Below are positions 15,930 to 25,857 of a stretch of DNA of 40,529 bases, piece by piece. The translations under genes were made by a program, and so were the position numbers. This DNA comes from a virus (lineage: Duplodnaviria; Caudoviricetes): the IMG/VR virus record IMGVR_UViG_3300023173_000036, positions 1 to 40,529 of that record; one strand, written 5' to 3'. How positions within the stretch are numbered: the first letter of the stretch is position 1; every line of letters begins with the position of its first letter. The notes below the pieces were generated by a model, which saw nothing but the letters and a program-made list of their open reading frames with translations, was not told where the DNA came from and did not search any database.

Positions 15930-16138
15930 AGCTATTCACCGCTAACTGGTGTATCAACTGTAAATCAGTAAAGCGTTTGCTAGATGAGAAAGGTATTGAG
16001 GTTGACATGGTTGATCTAGATGAGAAGCCAGAGTTAGCACAAGAGGCAGGGGTGAGAAGTATCCCTGCTCTTCAAGACTCCGAAGGTAACTTACACGTAG
16101 GTGTAAGTGCTATCGTAAAAGCAGTAGTAGGTAAGTAA
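15926..16138 (+). CDS. glutaredoxin/thioredoxin (NrdH-like)
   Basis: WCINC active site and VRSIP; directly upstream of RNR. Confidence 0.9.
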   Translation: MKLFTANWCINCKSVKRLLDEKGIEVDMVDLDEKPELAQEAGVRSIPALQDSEGNLHVGVSAIVKAVVGK

Positions 16139-16139
16139 T

Positions 16140-17123
16140 ATGATCCAGTGCAGAACTCCTAAGAAGACTCCAACAGTAGACTATCCAGCTATTGTTCAAG
16201 CTATTGAAGCACAACAACATATCTTCTGGTTACCAACTGAACCTAAGGTAGAGAAAGATTTACACTGTATTAAGACTGAGCTAACTCCTGCTGAGTATCA
16301 TGGAGTTCTCACTACTCTTAAACTGTTTACTCTTTATGAGATCGTAGCAGGCAATGAATACTGGGGTGGTAAGTTTAAGCGGTTGTTCCCTCGCTATGAG
16401 TTCCAAAGATTAGGGGCATGCTACTCTGACGTAGAGCTTAACATCCACTCCCCTTTCTACCAACGAGTAGATGAACTACTTGGACTTAACACAGATGAGT
16501 TCTACTCTTCCTTTACTGATGACCCTATCCTTAAGTCCCGTATGGATTTCTTAGATGAAGCAGTAGGAAGTGACAATGCTGCTTACTCAGTAGGTGTATT
16601 CAGTATGGTAGAAGGAGCTATCCTCTACTCATCCTTTGCTTTCCTTATGCACTTCCAGATGGCAGGTAAGAACCTACTACCTAACATACATGCTGGTCTA
16701 ACCTTCAGTGTTAAGGACGAGAACCTACACTCTGAGACTGGTGCTTATGTGTACCGTACTATGGTTAAGGAGATGCAGGATAACAATGAGTTAACTGACA
16801 GTAGCTTACAGAAGCTAGAAGAGAAGTTATACCAAGCAGCCTCTCAGATTAGAGAGCATGAGTATCGTATCATTGAGATGGTATTCTCTGAAGGTAGTAT
16901 CAAAGGTATTACTGAAACTCAGATGAAGAACTTTGTAGATAGCCGTATTGATCTATGCCTAGAGAACTTAGGTTTGGATAAAGTATACAAGCCTAGCTAC
17001 AACCCTATCGCTAACTGGTTCTATGATATGATTGGGGGAGATAGACAGCATGACTTCTTCTACACTATAGACTCTTCTTATAATCGTAACTGGACTAAAT
17101 CATCATTTGTTTGGAGTAATTAA
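16140..17123 (+). CDS. nrdB: class I ribonucleotide reductase beta subunit
   Basis: FWLPTE, E.NIH...Y, VEGAILYSSF, DENLH, DFF. Confidence 0.93.
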   Translation: MIQCRTPKKTPTVDYPAIVQAIEAQQHIFWLPTEPKVEKDLHCIKTELTPAEYHGVLTTLKLFTLYEIVAGNEYWGGKFKRLFPRYEFQRLGACYSDVELNIHSPFYQRVDELLGLNTDEFYSSFTDDPILKSRMDFLDEAVGSDNAAYSVGVFSMVEGAILYSSFAFLMHFQMAGKNLLPNIHAGLTFSVKDENLHSETGAYVYRTMVKEMQDNNELTDSSLQKLEEKLYQAASQIREHEYRIIEMVFSEGSIKGITETQMKNFVDSRIDLCLENLGLDKVYKPSYNPIANWFYDMIGGDRQHDFFYTIDSSYNRNWTKSSFVWSN

Positions 17124-18817
17124 TGAGTGAACTTTTTGAAGAGCTATCACAAGAGCGTAAGGAATTACAAGAAAGTGGTAAGCTACCTGCTTGGTTTACA
17201 ACGATGGGCTGGCAAGCATTCAAGTCGAAGTACCTGTACCAAGCAGAAACCTATGAAGAACAGATAGACCGTATTGTCGAGACAGTAGCTAAGTATGCAC
17301 ACACTAAGCAAGACTACTTGAAGGTACGATGGAAAGAACTCTTCATGAATAACCACGCTTACTTAGCTACACCTGTACTAGCTAACACTGGTACAAATAG
17401 AGGCATGAGTGTCTCGTGTTCAGGTGGTTACATTGGTGATTCTATCTACGACTTTGGTCAAGCTAGACTGGAAGGCTCAGTACTAAGTCAAGAAGGTTTT
17501 GGTACTTCTTCTTACTTAGGGGCTATCCGTGAGAGAGGTACACCAATCAGTAGAGGTGGGAAAGCTAATGGAGTAGAACCAGTCTTTGATGACATGGTGA
17601 CTATGGCTCAGAAGGTGTCACAAGGTGGTACTCGTAGAGGTGCATGGGCTGGCTACTTACCACTGGAACATGGTGACTTCTGGGAGACTTCTAACTATGT
17701 TAAGAACTTCCCTGATGGTGCTAACGTAGGGTGGAACATCTACGATTCTACTATTGAGAAGTTAGAAGAGGGAGACTCAGACATAGTAAGTAGGTGGCAA
17801 GAAACTCTATACACTAAATGTATCACTGGTAGAGGTTACTACTTCTTCCCTGATAAAGTTAATCGAGCAGCACCTCAGATGTATAAAGATCATGGGTTAA
17901 GCTGTAAGGCTAGTAACCTGTGTACTGAGATTGCTCTACACTCTGATGAAGACCACACCTTCACTTGTGTAATCTCAGGAATGGTAGCTTCTACTTGGGA
18001 TGAGTGGAAAGATACAGATGCTGTCTACTGTATGACTATCTTCTTAGACTGCCTAGTGTCTGAGTTCCTAGTACAAGCCCGTAATGTTAAGGGGTTAGAG
18101 AAAGCAGTAAGATGTACAGAGAAGGGTAGAGCTATTGGTCTAGGAGTATCAGGCTTCCATTCTCTATTCCAGAAGAAGATGTACCCTTGGTCTTCTATGG
18201 AAGCTTACCTTCTGAATGTAGAGATTGCTAAGCACCTACATGATGAGACACTTAAAGCTAGTCAGTGGATGGCTAGTGAGTGGGGTGAACCAGAGTGGTG
18301 TGTAGGGTATGGAGTACGTAACACTCACCGTACTGCTTATGCACCTAATGTTACTAGCTCACTAATCTTTGGTAGTGAGAGTCAAGGATGTACACCTTGG
18401 TATGGTAACGTGTTCAATGAAGGTGGAGCTGCTGGTGGTATGTTCCGTGTTAACCCTGAGTTTATCAAGGTACTTAAGAAGCATGGTAAGTATACACCTG
18501 AAATCTTAAAGCAAGTACTTAGTGATAACGGTAGTGCTCAAGGGTTAGGCTTCTTGTCTGACTTAGAGAAGGAAGTATTTAAGACTGCCTTTGAAATTAA
18601 CCAGCTTGACATACTTAAACTAGCAGCAGCTAGACAGAAGTATACTTGTCAGGCTCAATCTATTAACCTGTTCTTTGATGCTGATGAATCTGAAGAGTAT
18701 ATCGCTATGGTACACAAGGAAGCTTTCTTAGATGAGAGTATCCATAGTCTGTACTATATGAGGAGTAAGGCAGGAGTCCAAGCAAGCAAAGGGGACTGTG
18801 AGAACTGTGCATCTTAG
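17123..18817 (+). CDS. nrdA: class I ribonucleotide reductase alpha subunit (compact, no ATP cone seen)
   Basis: ATPVLAN, VSC, SNLCTEI, FTC, APNVTSS, LYYMR, C-terminal CENC. Confidence 0.95.
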   Translation: MSELFEELSQERKELQESGKLPAWFTTMGWQAFKSKYLYQAETYEEQIDRIVETVAKYAHTKQDYLKVRWKELFMNNHAYLATPVLANTGTNRGMSVSCSGGYIGDSIYDFGQARLEGSVLSQEGFGTSSYLGAIRERGTPISRGGKANGVEPVFDDMVTMAQKVSQGGTRRGAWAGYLPLEHGDFWETSNYVKNFPDGANVGWNIYDSTIEKLEEGDSDIVSRWQETLYTKCITGRGYYFFPDKVNRAAPQMYKDHGLSCKASNLCTEIALHSDEDHTFTCVISGMVASTWDEWKDTDAVYCMTIFLDCLVSEFLVQARNVKGLEKAVRCTEKGRAIGLGVSGFHSLFQKKMYPWSSMEAYLLNVEIAKHLHDETLKASQWMASEWGEPEWCVGYGVRNTHRTAYAPNVTSSLIFGSESQGCTPWYGNVFNEGGAAGGMFRVNPEFIKVLKKHGKYTPEILKQVLSDNGSAQGLGFLSDLEKEVFKTAFEINQLDILKLAAARQKYTCQAQSINLFFDADESEEYIAMVHKEAFLDESIHSLYYMRSKAGVQASKGDCENCAS

Positions 18818-18826
18818 GAGGTGCTT

Positions 18827-18937
18827 ATGGCTAAAGCTATGTTAGCTTTTATGGTAGTGGTAGTAGTGATGCTAGCAATTCATGACTGGTGGGTATTAGG
18901 GGGAGGTAGGAAGAAGTGGTGGGACTACTTAGAGTAG
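18827..18937 (+). CDS. 36-aa membrane peptide
   Basis: AGGAGG RBS; MAKAMLAFMVVVVVMLAIHDWWVLGGGRKKWWDYLE. Confidence 0.6.
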   Translation: MAKAMLAFMVVVVVMLAIHDWWVLGGGRKKWWDYLE

Positions 18938-18953
18938 GGGATTAACCCTACTC
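18932..18953. terminator. hairpin where the two genome arms converge
   Basis: GAGTAGGG-GATTAA-CCCTACTC; contains both convergent stop codons. Confidence 0.6.
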
Positions 18954-19304
18954 CTTAATTACATTCTTAACACCAGTGTGTAGCTCTAGGATAACTACAC
19001 GCTGGGTAAGAGTATTAATCTTAACGTAATGTTTAGCTAACTGTTTCCTTTGTTCAAGATCTTCCCTCTGGAAACTATCAGAAATATCCTGTATAGCCTC
19101 AATGAATCTCATCTCAGCTTCATTCTGCTTCTGTTCAATCCTCTCTAAATTACTGATAGCTGAAAATACTTTCTCTCTATACTTAGCTAGTTCAGTACTC
19201 ATCTCTACTTGATGACTTAAACTCCAACCCATCAAGCCAATCTGTATAGCAAGTAAGGCTGAGCATAGCCAACCTACAACTGCTGCATCAACCTTACCGT
19301 TCAT
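18948..19304 (-). CDS. N-terminal TM + coiled-coil protein (possible lysis accessory)
   Basis: Hydrophobic N-terminus then heptad pattern; AGGAG RBS. Confidence 0.65.
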   Translation of the reverse strand: MNGKVDAAVVGWLCSALLAIQIGLMGWSLSHQVEMSTELAKYREKVFSAISNLERIEQKQNEAEMRFIEAIQDISDSFQREDLEQRKQLAKHYVKINTLTQRVVILELHTGVKNVIKE

Positions 19305-19312
19305 GCTAACTC

Positions 19313-19825
19313 CTATTCAAAGAAGACATATTGTGAATCATACTGTACAGAATTACTACCATTGTTATCATTCTGTAGTACGAATGTGTAATCCAATTCT
19401 GGAGCAAGTATCATAAAGGGTAGCTCTAATCCTGAACCCCCTTTGTTAGAGGATGACTCGTCTACTACTACTTGAAATAGCTGAGTAGCTCCTGTTAAAT
19501 CAATGCTACCTCCACTTCCTGATAATGCAACCTCTACTTCTCCTTGGAAAGGTTTATCCGATAGTCGATTAACATTTACAGGAAGAGAAATAGGAATTCC
19601 TCCCGTAATAACACCTCCCTCATATACAGTAACCGTAAAGTTACCTGACCAAGCTGTAGTTGATAAGTTAAACTTAGCAGTCTGCGATAGGTTAACTGCT
19701 GAGAAAAGACTCTCGCCTGTAGCTAGTGATAGGTTACCATGGTTACGAAAGAGGTTACCCTGTACTAGAGCAACCCTTTCATCTGTGTAGAAGAAGTCCT
19801 TTTCAATAGTGGTTAAGTTAGGCAT
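19313..19825 (-). CDS. hypothetical beta-rich virion protein
   Basis: GAGGAG RBS; end of the structural arm. Confidence 0.65.
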   Translation of the reverse strand: MPNLTTIEKDFFYTDERVALVQGNLFRNHGNLSLATGESLFSAVNLSQTAKFNLSTTAWSGNFTVTVYEGGVITGGIPISLPVNVNRLSDKPFQGEVEVALSGSGGSIDLTGATQLFQVVVDESSSNKGGSGLELPFMILAPELDYTFVLQNDNNGSNSVQYDSQYVFFE

Positions 19826-19851
19826 CTATTCTCCTCTTGTTGCCTGTGACA

Positions 19852-22800
19852 TTATAAACCTAGTTCATCTCTCCAACCCCTAGCACTAGTTCCTACTGAG
19901 GCGAAGGCCATATCAGCTAAGTATTGTGATAGATCCATCTCACCACTGGCTAGCTTAGCTGCATTCTGAGAAGTAAGTGATACCATATCGCTAGCCATAT
20001 GAGCACCTACACCGAAGAAGCTACTGTGAGGACTATCCCCATATTCATGTGAGTTAATAGCTTCACCAAACGCTTGAATAGATCTAGGAGTTACATACCT
20101 AAAGATGGAACTCATCACTAATTCTGTAGGATCTCTATCTAACTCTCTTCCACTTACTGCATCTCTTAAACTTATCTGCATAGAACCTACTAAGGCAATA
20201 CCACCTAAGATGAATAACCCATCAATAACATCTGAAGGTGCACTCTTAAGCTTGTTACCTAGCAAAGGAAGAACAGAGTTAGTAAAGATAGTAGGGTAAC
20301 TCTGTAGTTGGGAGAACAACCATAGGTGTTGGTTACTCATCCACAAAGGTCTATCACTAAAGGTAGGACTAGGAGCTACCTTACGGTTGAACTGGTAGAT
20401 AGCATCAGCCATAGCTTTGTTCTTAACTGCTTGAGGTGCACCAGAGTTAGGAAGTAGAGCATCCCTAGCTTGACCAACAATACCTAGCTCAGTAAGTCGT
20501 TGGTTAGCTCTCATAGCCTCACCACTACCTTGGAACTTAGCATTGTTAACTAGGTCTAGATCTTTAGTAACTTGTAGCCTAGTTGCTTCTGCTCCTACTT
20601 CTCTTACAAAGTGAGTCCAGTAAGATAGACCAGTCATCTTAAAGAAACCCCTAGTTACTTTAGCTGCCCTAGTTCCAATGTTAGGATCAGCAAGTCTAGC
20701 CATCATTAAGCTATCAGCAGTGTTAATAGACTGACCAGCCATACTCATCTGAGTAGCGTTAGTCTGCCAGCTCTCACTTGGGCCTCTAAGCATAGCTCTA
20801 CGTACTAGGTTAACACCAGCTCTGTTCATAACACTAAGAGTAGACTGTACCATAGAACTCATATCAGTTCTCATAGCTACGTTAAAGATCTCAGTAAGAG
20901 AACCTAGAGTTACTAGTGGTAATGCTGCCATAGTAGAACCAGTCTTAGCTACAGTAGAGATCTTCCTAGCAGTAGGGTTCTGGATGGTACGGTAAGTGTT
21001 ATCGTAAGCATCTACCATGTCATAGAAGGTAGAGACTTCATTAGCAGTTAGGGTAGGGTTACCACTTCCAGCTAACTCGGCTTGAGTCTCAAGGATTAAA
21101 CGGTTAAGCTTCTCACCATTCTTACCTAGCATATCAGCACCAGCAATACGATGAGCTACCCCTTCCCCATAGTCAGCGATAGACTCTAGTGCAAACCTAC
21201 CTTTGTTCTCTCCTACTGACCACTTGTTATAGAAGTCCTGCCCTACATTCCATCTACGTTGTCCCTCTAAGTTACCAGAGATGTTACCTACTCTAGTAGA
21301 ACCTAGCTCTCCTCCTCTTACTTCTCCTCCGGTAACCTTATCTATCATGCTAGCTTCTAGCTTAGTAAGATCTTCCCCACCTTCTAACTTAGTAATAGCA
21401 GAAGTAAGTTTAGAGAAGTCACCAGTCTCTAACTGTTCTACGTATCTATCTACTTGAGCATTAAGAGTAGCTTCATCAGGAGTTCTACCTCTCTCAGCTA
21501 GTTGAGATCTTAGGTCAGACTTAAACTCATCAAGGTTGTTCTTGATATTATCCACATCCATTCTGCTAGGGATGTAGTCTTCAACTATTCTAGATTCAGG
21601 AAGTAGTTTAGCTTTCACACCCCTATCAGCTAGGTTAGCTAAGTGATCTCGTAATGCTTTAGCACTACCACTGTCCTTACCTGCTGTGTAATCCTCTACT
21701 AGTTTATCTTCCCAACCTTTACCATATTCTTTCTGAGCTTGCTTATATACTTGCTCTCTGTCGTAGTTAATCTCATTACGTAACTTAGACTGTACACCGG
21801 TAAGGTCATCACCTAATGGATCATTAAAGATCCTAACCAAGTCTTGACCAGCAGCAGCTCTTGTAGCTTTAGGTGCAATAGAAGAAGTAATCTGTCCAGT
21901 GAACCAGTCATGAAGTCCACCTAACACCCCTAAGCTTCTCTCCTTCTGGAAAGATTGTGGAGCTTCTGGCATTACTACATTCTTAAGATTCTTATGCTTG
22001 ATGTAACCTGACACTGAACCTAGAGGAGCACCACCTAGTACACCTAAAGCAGCAGACTCTTTCATACGATTGTAGAAGTCATCATAGTCAATGTCTACAT
22101 CAGCAACAGAGTGAGCACCAGCCTCTAGTAAAGCAGTAGAAGTAGTAGCCATACCTGAGCTTAACACTGTAGCTTTAGCAGCTTCCTGTGCTACTGATGC
22201 TGATACACCACTACTGACTAGACCTTTCTCTAACTCAGCTTGTACCTTATCTGCTCCCTCCTTCTCAACCATCTTCTTAACAGTTTCTTTGAAGAAAGGA
22301 GAAGCTAGTTTAGAGATACCAACTGTATCCAAAGCAGTAAGACCACCAGCTAATGCTGCTCCACCAGCTCCTAGTGTAGCTTCCTCACCACCTACTTCCT
22401 TGATTCTGGATTGTACAGCACCTACGTTAAGAGGGGCAGACACAGCAGCTACACCCACTCCTGCACCTACTGGGCCACCTACTAAGAAGCCTGTACCAGC
22501 AGCAGTAAGATAAGCAGCAGTGTCAGCTAATAGACTACCAGCACTAGTGGTAGCCCATGACACATAGTCTCCTAAAGCTTCAGCATCCTTAAACTCAATA
22601 GGAGCACCGTACTTAGCTGCCTCTTCTAGATTAGTAATCCTACCTTCTTTACCCCATTCAGCTAGACCTTCCCAGTCAGTAGCTTCACCAATAGCTTCAG
22701 CAGCAGAGTAAAGGTTAGATTGGAATTGTTCTACTCCTCTACCTACACCTGAACTAAAAGTATTAGGGTCTACGGCTCTAGGAGCGAAAGGGTTACCCCC

Positions 22801-22854
22801 TTGCATACCAGCAAAAGGGTTAGCACTATTAGTGTTTGCAAAAGGGTTAGCCAT
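19852..22854 (-). CDS. large internal virion / DNA ejection protein (1000 aa)
   Basis: Size, position, Gly/Ala-rich hydrophobic segments and N-terminal NPF repeats. Confidence 0.75.
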   Translation of the reverse strand: MANPFANTNSANPFAGMQGGNPFAPRAVDPNTFSSGVGRGVEQFQSNLYSAAEAIGEATDWEGLAEWGKEGRITNLEEAAKYGAPIEFKDAEALGDYVSWATTSAGSLLADTAAYLTAAGTGFLVGGPVGAGVGVAAVSAPLNVGAVQSRIKEVGGEEATLGAGGAALAGGLTALDTVGISKLASPFFKETVKKMVEKEGADKVQAELEKGLVSSGVSASVAQEAAKATVLSSGMATTSTALLEAGAHSVADVDIDYDDFYNRMKESAALGVLGGAPLGSVSGYIKHKNLKNVVMPEAPQSFQKERSLGVLGGLHDWFTGQITSSIAPKATRAAAGQDLVRIFNDPLGDDLTGVQSKLRNEINYDREQVYKQAQKEYGKGWEDKLVEDYTAGKDSGSAKALRDHLANLADRGVKAKLLPESRIVEDYIPSRMDVDNIKNNLDEFKSDLRSQLAERGRTPDEATLNAQVDRYVEQLETGDFSKLTSAITKLEGGEDLTKLEASMIDKVTGGEVRGGELGSTRVGNISGNLEGQRRWNVGQDFYNKWSVGENKGRFALESIADYGEGVAHRIAGADMLGKNGEKLNRLILETQAELAGSGNPTLTANEVSTFYDMVDAYDNTYRTIQNPTARKISTVAKTGSTMAALPLVTLGSLTEIFNVAMRTDMSSMVQSTLSVMNRAGVNLVRRAMLRGPSESWQTNATQMSMAGQSINTADSLMMARLADPNIGTRAAKVTRGFFKMTGLSYWTHFVREVGAEATRLQVTKDLDLVNNAKFQGSGEAMRANQRLTELGIVGQARDALLPNSGAPQAVKNKAMADAIYQFNRKVAPSPTFSDRPLWMSNQHLWLFSQLQSYPTIFTNSVLPLLGNKLKSAPSDVIDGLFILGGIALVGSMQISLRDAVSGRELDRDPTELVMSSIFRYVTPRSIQAFGEAINSHEYGDSPHSSFFGVGAHMASDMVSLTSQNAAKLASGEMDLSQYLADMAFASVGTSARGWRDELGL

Positions 22855-22857
22855 TCA

Positions 22858-23985
22858 TTACTCCTGAGATTGACCTAGGAATTGCTGGAAGGACATAGGT
22901 TGTTGCCCTTGACTAGCAGCATTCCTCACGTAGTTCTTATAAGGGGTTACTTGTTCATTTAAAGCTTTAAGTACTTCCTCAGGACTAGCATCCATTACCC
23001 AGTTACCTAAGGCATCACCTAAGGCTTCTCGTAATGTAGAGTCTTGAGACAAGTTCTCTAAAGCAGAAGGACTAGGAGTAGACTGATCTACGATCTTGGC
23101 TACATCACTAGGTTTAAGTTGTGGTTGCTGGGCTTGTTGGTTAGCTCGTATGGTAGTAGCAGCTAGACCAGCAGCTCTATCCTTAGCGTTCTCCTCTGCT
23201 TGCTGTTCCATACCATACATACCTTGGTATAGACCTAGAGTACCTCTAGCAATATCCCCAGCAGTATTAGAGTAGCCTTTACTCTTAGCCCATGCAGTAG
23301 CAGCAGTACCAATTAAGGCAGCTTTAGTAGAAGGAGATAGACCAGACCAAGTGTCAGCAGTAAACTTAGCAGCACCCATTAACATGTTGCCTGCTTGGTT
23401 AACTAAGTCCATTAACCCTAAGTCATCTTCTGGTGTACCAGTCTCAATGATCTGCTTAGCTGACTGTTCTGCTCTCTTACCTACTTGTAAAGCTTGGTAA
23501 TCCTGAGCTTGTTGTAGCTGTGTGTCTGCTTGTTGCTGTAGTTCAGGGATAGGAGTAAGGCCAATGCCTTGGCCAGTTAAGTTCTCCTGTCCACTCATAA
23601 TAGCTTCGTTAGCTTGTACTGGATCTACTAGTACCATCTCACCACTAGGGGTAGGGAGGTAACCTGTATCAGCTTGGATAGGTTGATCAATGTTACCAAT
23701 CCTATCTGCTACCTGATCAAAGCCCATAGGTACAGGAGCACTACCAATGTTACCTACTCGGTTAGTAACTTGGTCGAAACCCATAGGAGTGTCTATGATA
23801 GTAGGACTAGGCATCTCCCCCATAGGGATAGGTTCAGGGGCCATAGTAGATATAGAAGAAGGAGAACTAGCGTTGATCCAACTATCTTCTAGCTGAGCCT
23901 CTGACGCTAAGTCTCCTACTCTATCTGCCATCATGTCTAGCCCAAAGATACCTTGAGCATTCTGAAAGATTTTCTCTTGTGCCAT
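22858..23985 (-). CDS. internal virion / ejection protein
   Basis: Low-complexity Q/A/G/P-rich sequence; position in the podovirus ejection module. Confidence 0.65.
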   Translation of the reverse strand: MAQEKIFQNAQGIFGLDMMADRVGDLASEAQLEDSWINASSPSSISTMAPEPIPMGEMPSPTIIDTPMGFDQVTNRVGNIGSAPVPMGFDQVADRIGNIDQPIQADTGYLPTPSGEMVLVDPVQANEAIMSGQENLTGQGIGLTPIPELQQQADTQLQQAQDYQALQVGKRAEQSAKQIIETGTPEDDLGLMDLVNQAGNMLMGAAKFTADTWSGLSPSTKAALIGTAATAWAKSKGYSNTAGDIARGTLGLYQGMYGMEQQAEENAKDRAAGLAATTIRANQQAQQPQLKPSDVAKIVDQSTPSPSALENLSQDSTLREALGDALGNWVMDASPEEVLKALNEQVTPYKNYVRNAASQGQQPMSFQQFLGQSQE

Positions 23986-23995
23986 TATCTACTCC

Positions 23996-24607
23996 TTAGA
24001 AAATACCACTGGTTAGTAGGCGACCACCAGCATACATGCCTAACCCGATAGGCCCACCTACCGCGGCTGCTGTACCTGCACCTGCTAGCTCAGAGGCTAT
24101 ACCAGCAGTCTTAGCATCTACACCTAGTGCCTCTAACCCTTCTTTACCAGCAAGTCTAGCACCTGTACCAGCTAATCCAGCAGCACCAGCTCCTAACCCA
24201 CTAGCACTATCTACAGCAGCTTCAGTACCAGCCTCAGCTACTGCTTGTCCACCTTGAGCCATAGCTTCTGAACCTACAGCAGTGGATGTATCAGAGAAGA
24301 TAGAAGCAGCAGTGTTACCAAAAGGATTACCAGTACTTACCATCTCACCTGTGAAAGGAGAAGTCATAGTATCTACTGTGGGAGCAGCAGCATTACTACC
24401 ACCCCAGTCATAAAGGATACTACCACTACCTCTACCTGCTTCTTGCATAACAGCAGTAGGGACTTTACCTAGGAATCCACCTACTTCTGCTTTCATAGCA
24501 TTAGCTTCTTGTTGGATATTACCTAAGTTCTTCTGAGTAAGTTGCTTAAGTCTATTGCGAACAGGAGAAGTAGAGCTACCTGCAACAGACGTATTGTAAT
24601 AAGACAT
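23996..24607 (-). CDS. internal virion / ejection protein (Gly/Ala-rich)
   Basis: GA-rich hydrophobic C-terminus; position. Confidence 0.65.
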   Translation of the reverse strand: MSYYNTSVAGSSTSPVRNRLKQLTQKNLGNIQQEANAMKAEVGGFLGKVPTAVMQEAGRGSGSILYDWGGSNAAAPTVDTMTSPFTGEMVSTGNPFGNTAASIFSDTSTAVGSEAMAQGGQAVAEAGTEAAVDSASGLGAGAAGLAGTGARLAGKEGLEALGVDAKTAGIASELAGAGTAAAVGGPIGLGMYAGGRLLTSGIF

Positions 24608-25308
24608 TACTTACCTCCTTGCTGAGAGGTAACACCCCAACCACCCATATCAACATTAAGTAGATCACGGATAGCTGTAAGCTCTTGTAAGTCAGCAGAA
24701 GATTCATACTGCCAACGGTTGAATAGATCATCAAGTACTGCTTGTTGTTCTCTCTGACTACCACCAGCAGCATACTCTAGACCAGAAGTAAGATTACCAA
24801 GGTTAGCAATAGCACCCTGCTGGTTAGCTTGCCAGTTTCCATAATCCTGAAACCTAAGCTGAGAAGCAAGGTCACTGATATCCTCAGTAGCTCCACGCAT
24901 AGCAACACCTTCTGCAATACCATGTCGAGTACTCCCAAATTGACCAGCTTGTCCTGCTGCATCACCAATACTAGTTAGGATATTCTCTTGTAAGTTACGA
25001 GTAATATCACCAGAAGCAGCATCAATAACTGATTGTAGTTGTGGGTTGTTAGGATCATAAGGAGCTAGTGTAGATTCTAGTCCACCAATAGCAGACTCTA
25101 GTGCTCCACCTTCCCCTGTTAACCTGTTAAACAATTGTTCTTGTTGTGGACTCCAACCTGCATAAGTCTCCTGACCTCCTGCAAAGTTTGGATCAACCAG
25201 TCCACCATCTGTACCTATTTGTCTAGTAAGTAGGTCTCGATAGTTACCCCACTCTTGGGATTGGGCTGGTGTCCATGATTCGTTAGACTGACCTCCGCCA
25301 TCTGACAT
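24607..25308 (-). CDS. DNA ejection / pilot-like protein
   Basis: AGQAGQFGSTRHGIAEG segment typical of podovirus pilot proteins; ends GGK. Confidence 0.65.
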   Translation of the reverse strand: MSDGGGQSNESWTPAQSQEWGNYRDLLTRQIGTDGGLVDPNFAGGQETYAGWSPQQEQLFNRLTGEGGALESAIGGLESTLAPYDPNNPQLQSVIDAASGDITRNLQENILTSIGDAAGQAGQFGSTRHGIAEGVAMRGATEDISDLASQLRFQDYGNWQANQQGAIANLGNLTSGLEYAAGGSQREQQAVLDDLFNRWQYESSADLQELTAIRDLLNVDMGGWGVTSQQGGK

Positions 25309-25310
25309 AG

Positions 25311-25739
25311 CTATAACCTCTTAATTAGTTTAGTATGTTGCACCTCATAACCTTTAGCCAACCTAGCATGAGCTGGTCTAGCTAAGATAGCTAGTGCATC
25401 AAAGTTTAAATCCTTAGCTAGATCTTCTACTTCACTGAACACAGTATCTATTACTGTTGCTAGTGTCTTAAGATCCCAAGGAGTATTGTCATTCTTAAAT
25501 CCTGCTGTATGTGTAACCTGTAGTAGTCTAGCTGTAGCAGTAGTTATTACTTCGGTTACAAAGAGTAGCTTACCTTCTGATCCAGTCCATAACCATAGCT
25601 GTACTTTGTCTTCCATAAGTCTACGGTATAGATTCTCTACTGTCTCAAAGTTAATTGTAGTATCCCAGAACTGGTGTAAGGAGGCAAGTAAGGAGGGAGC
25701 TTCATCAGCTATAGTAGAAGTGGGTATATGTCTAATCAT
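25311..25739 (-). CDS. hypothetical protein, possibly GNAT-like
   Basis: Lies between the nozzle and ejection genes, where podoviruses often carry a GNAT-like gene. Confidence 0.55.
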   Translation of the reverse strand: MIRHIPTSTIADEAPSLLASLHQFWDTTINFETVENLYRRLMEDKVQLWLWTGSEGKLLFVTEVITTATARLLQVTHTAGFKNDNTPWDLKTLATVIDTVFSEVEDLAKDLNFDALAILARPAHARLAKGYEVQHTKLIKRL

Positions 25740-25751
25740 TGTCGTTACCCC

Positions 25752-25849
25752 TAAGAAGTAGTGTTTAAGTTAGTTTTAAGAAGTAGAGTAAGAAAGTAGA
25801 AGACTTCTTATCTTAACTTCTTAAGTTAATCTTAATGCTACTCCTTAAG
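25752..25849. repeat. TAAG(A/G)AGT repeat / inverted-repeat element
   Basis: TAAGAAGTAG at 25752 and 25777; ACTTCTTA at 25803; CTACTCCTTAAG near 25839. Confidence 0.75.
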
Positions 25850-25857
25850 AGTATTTG

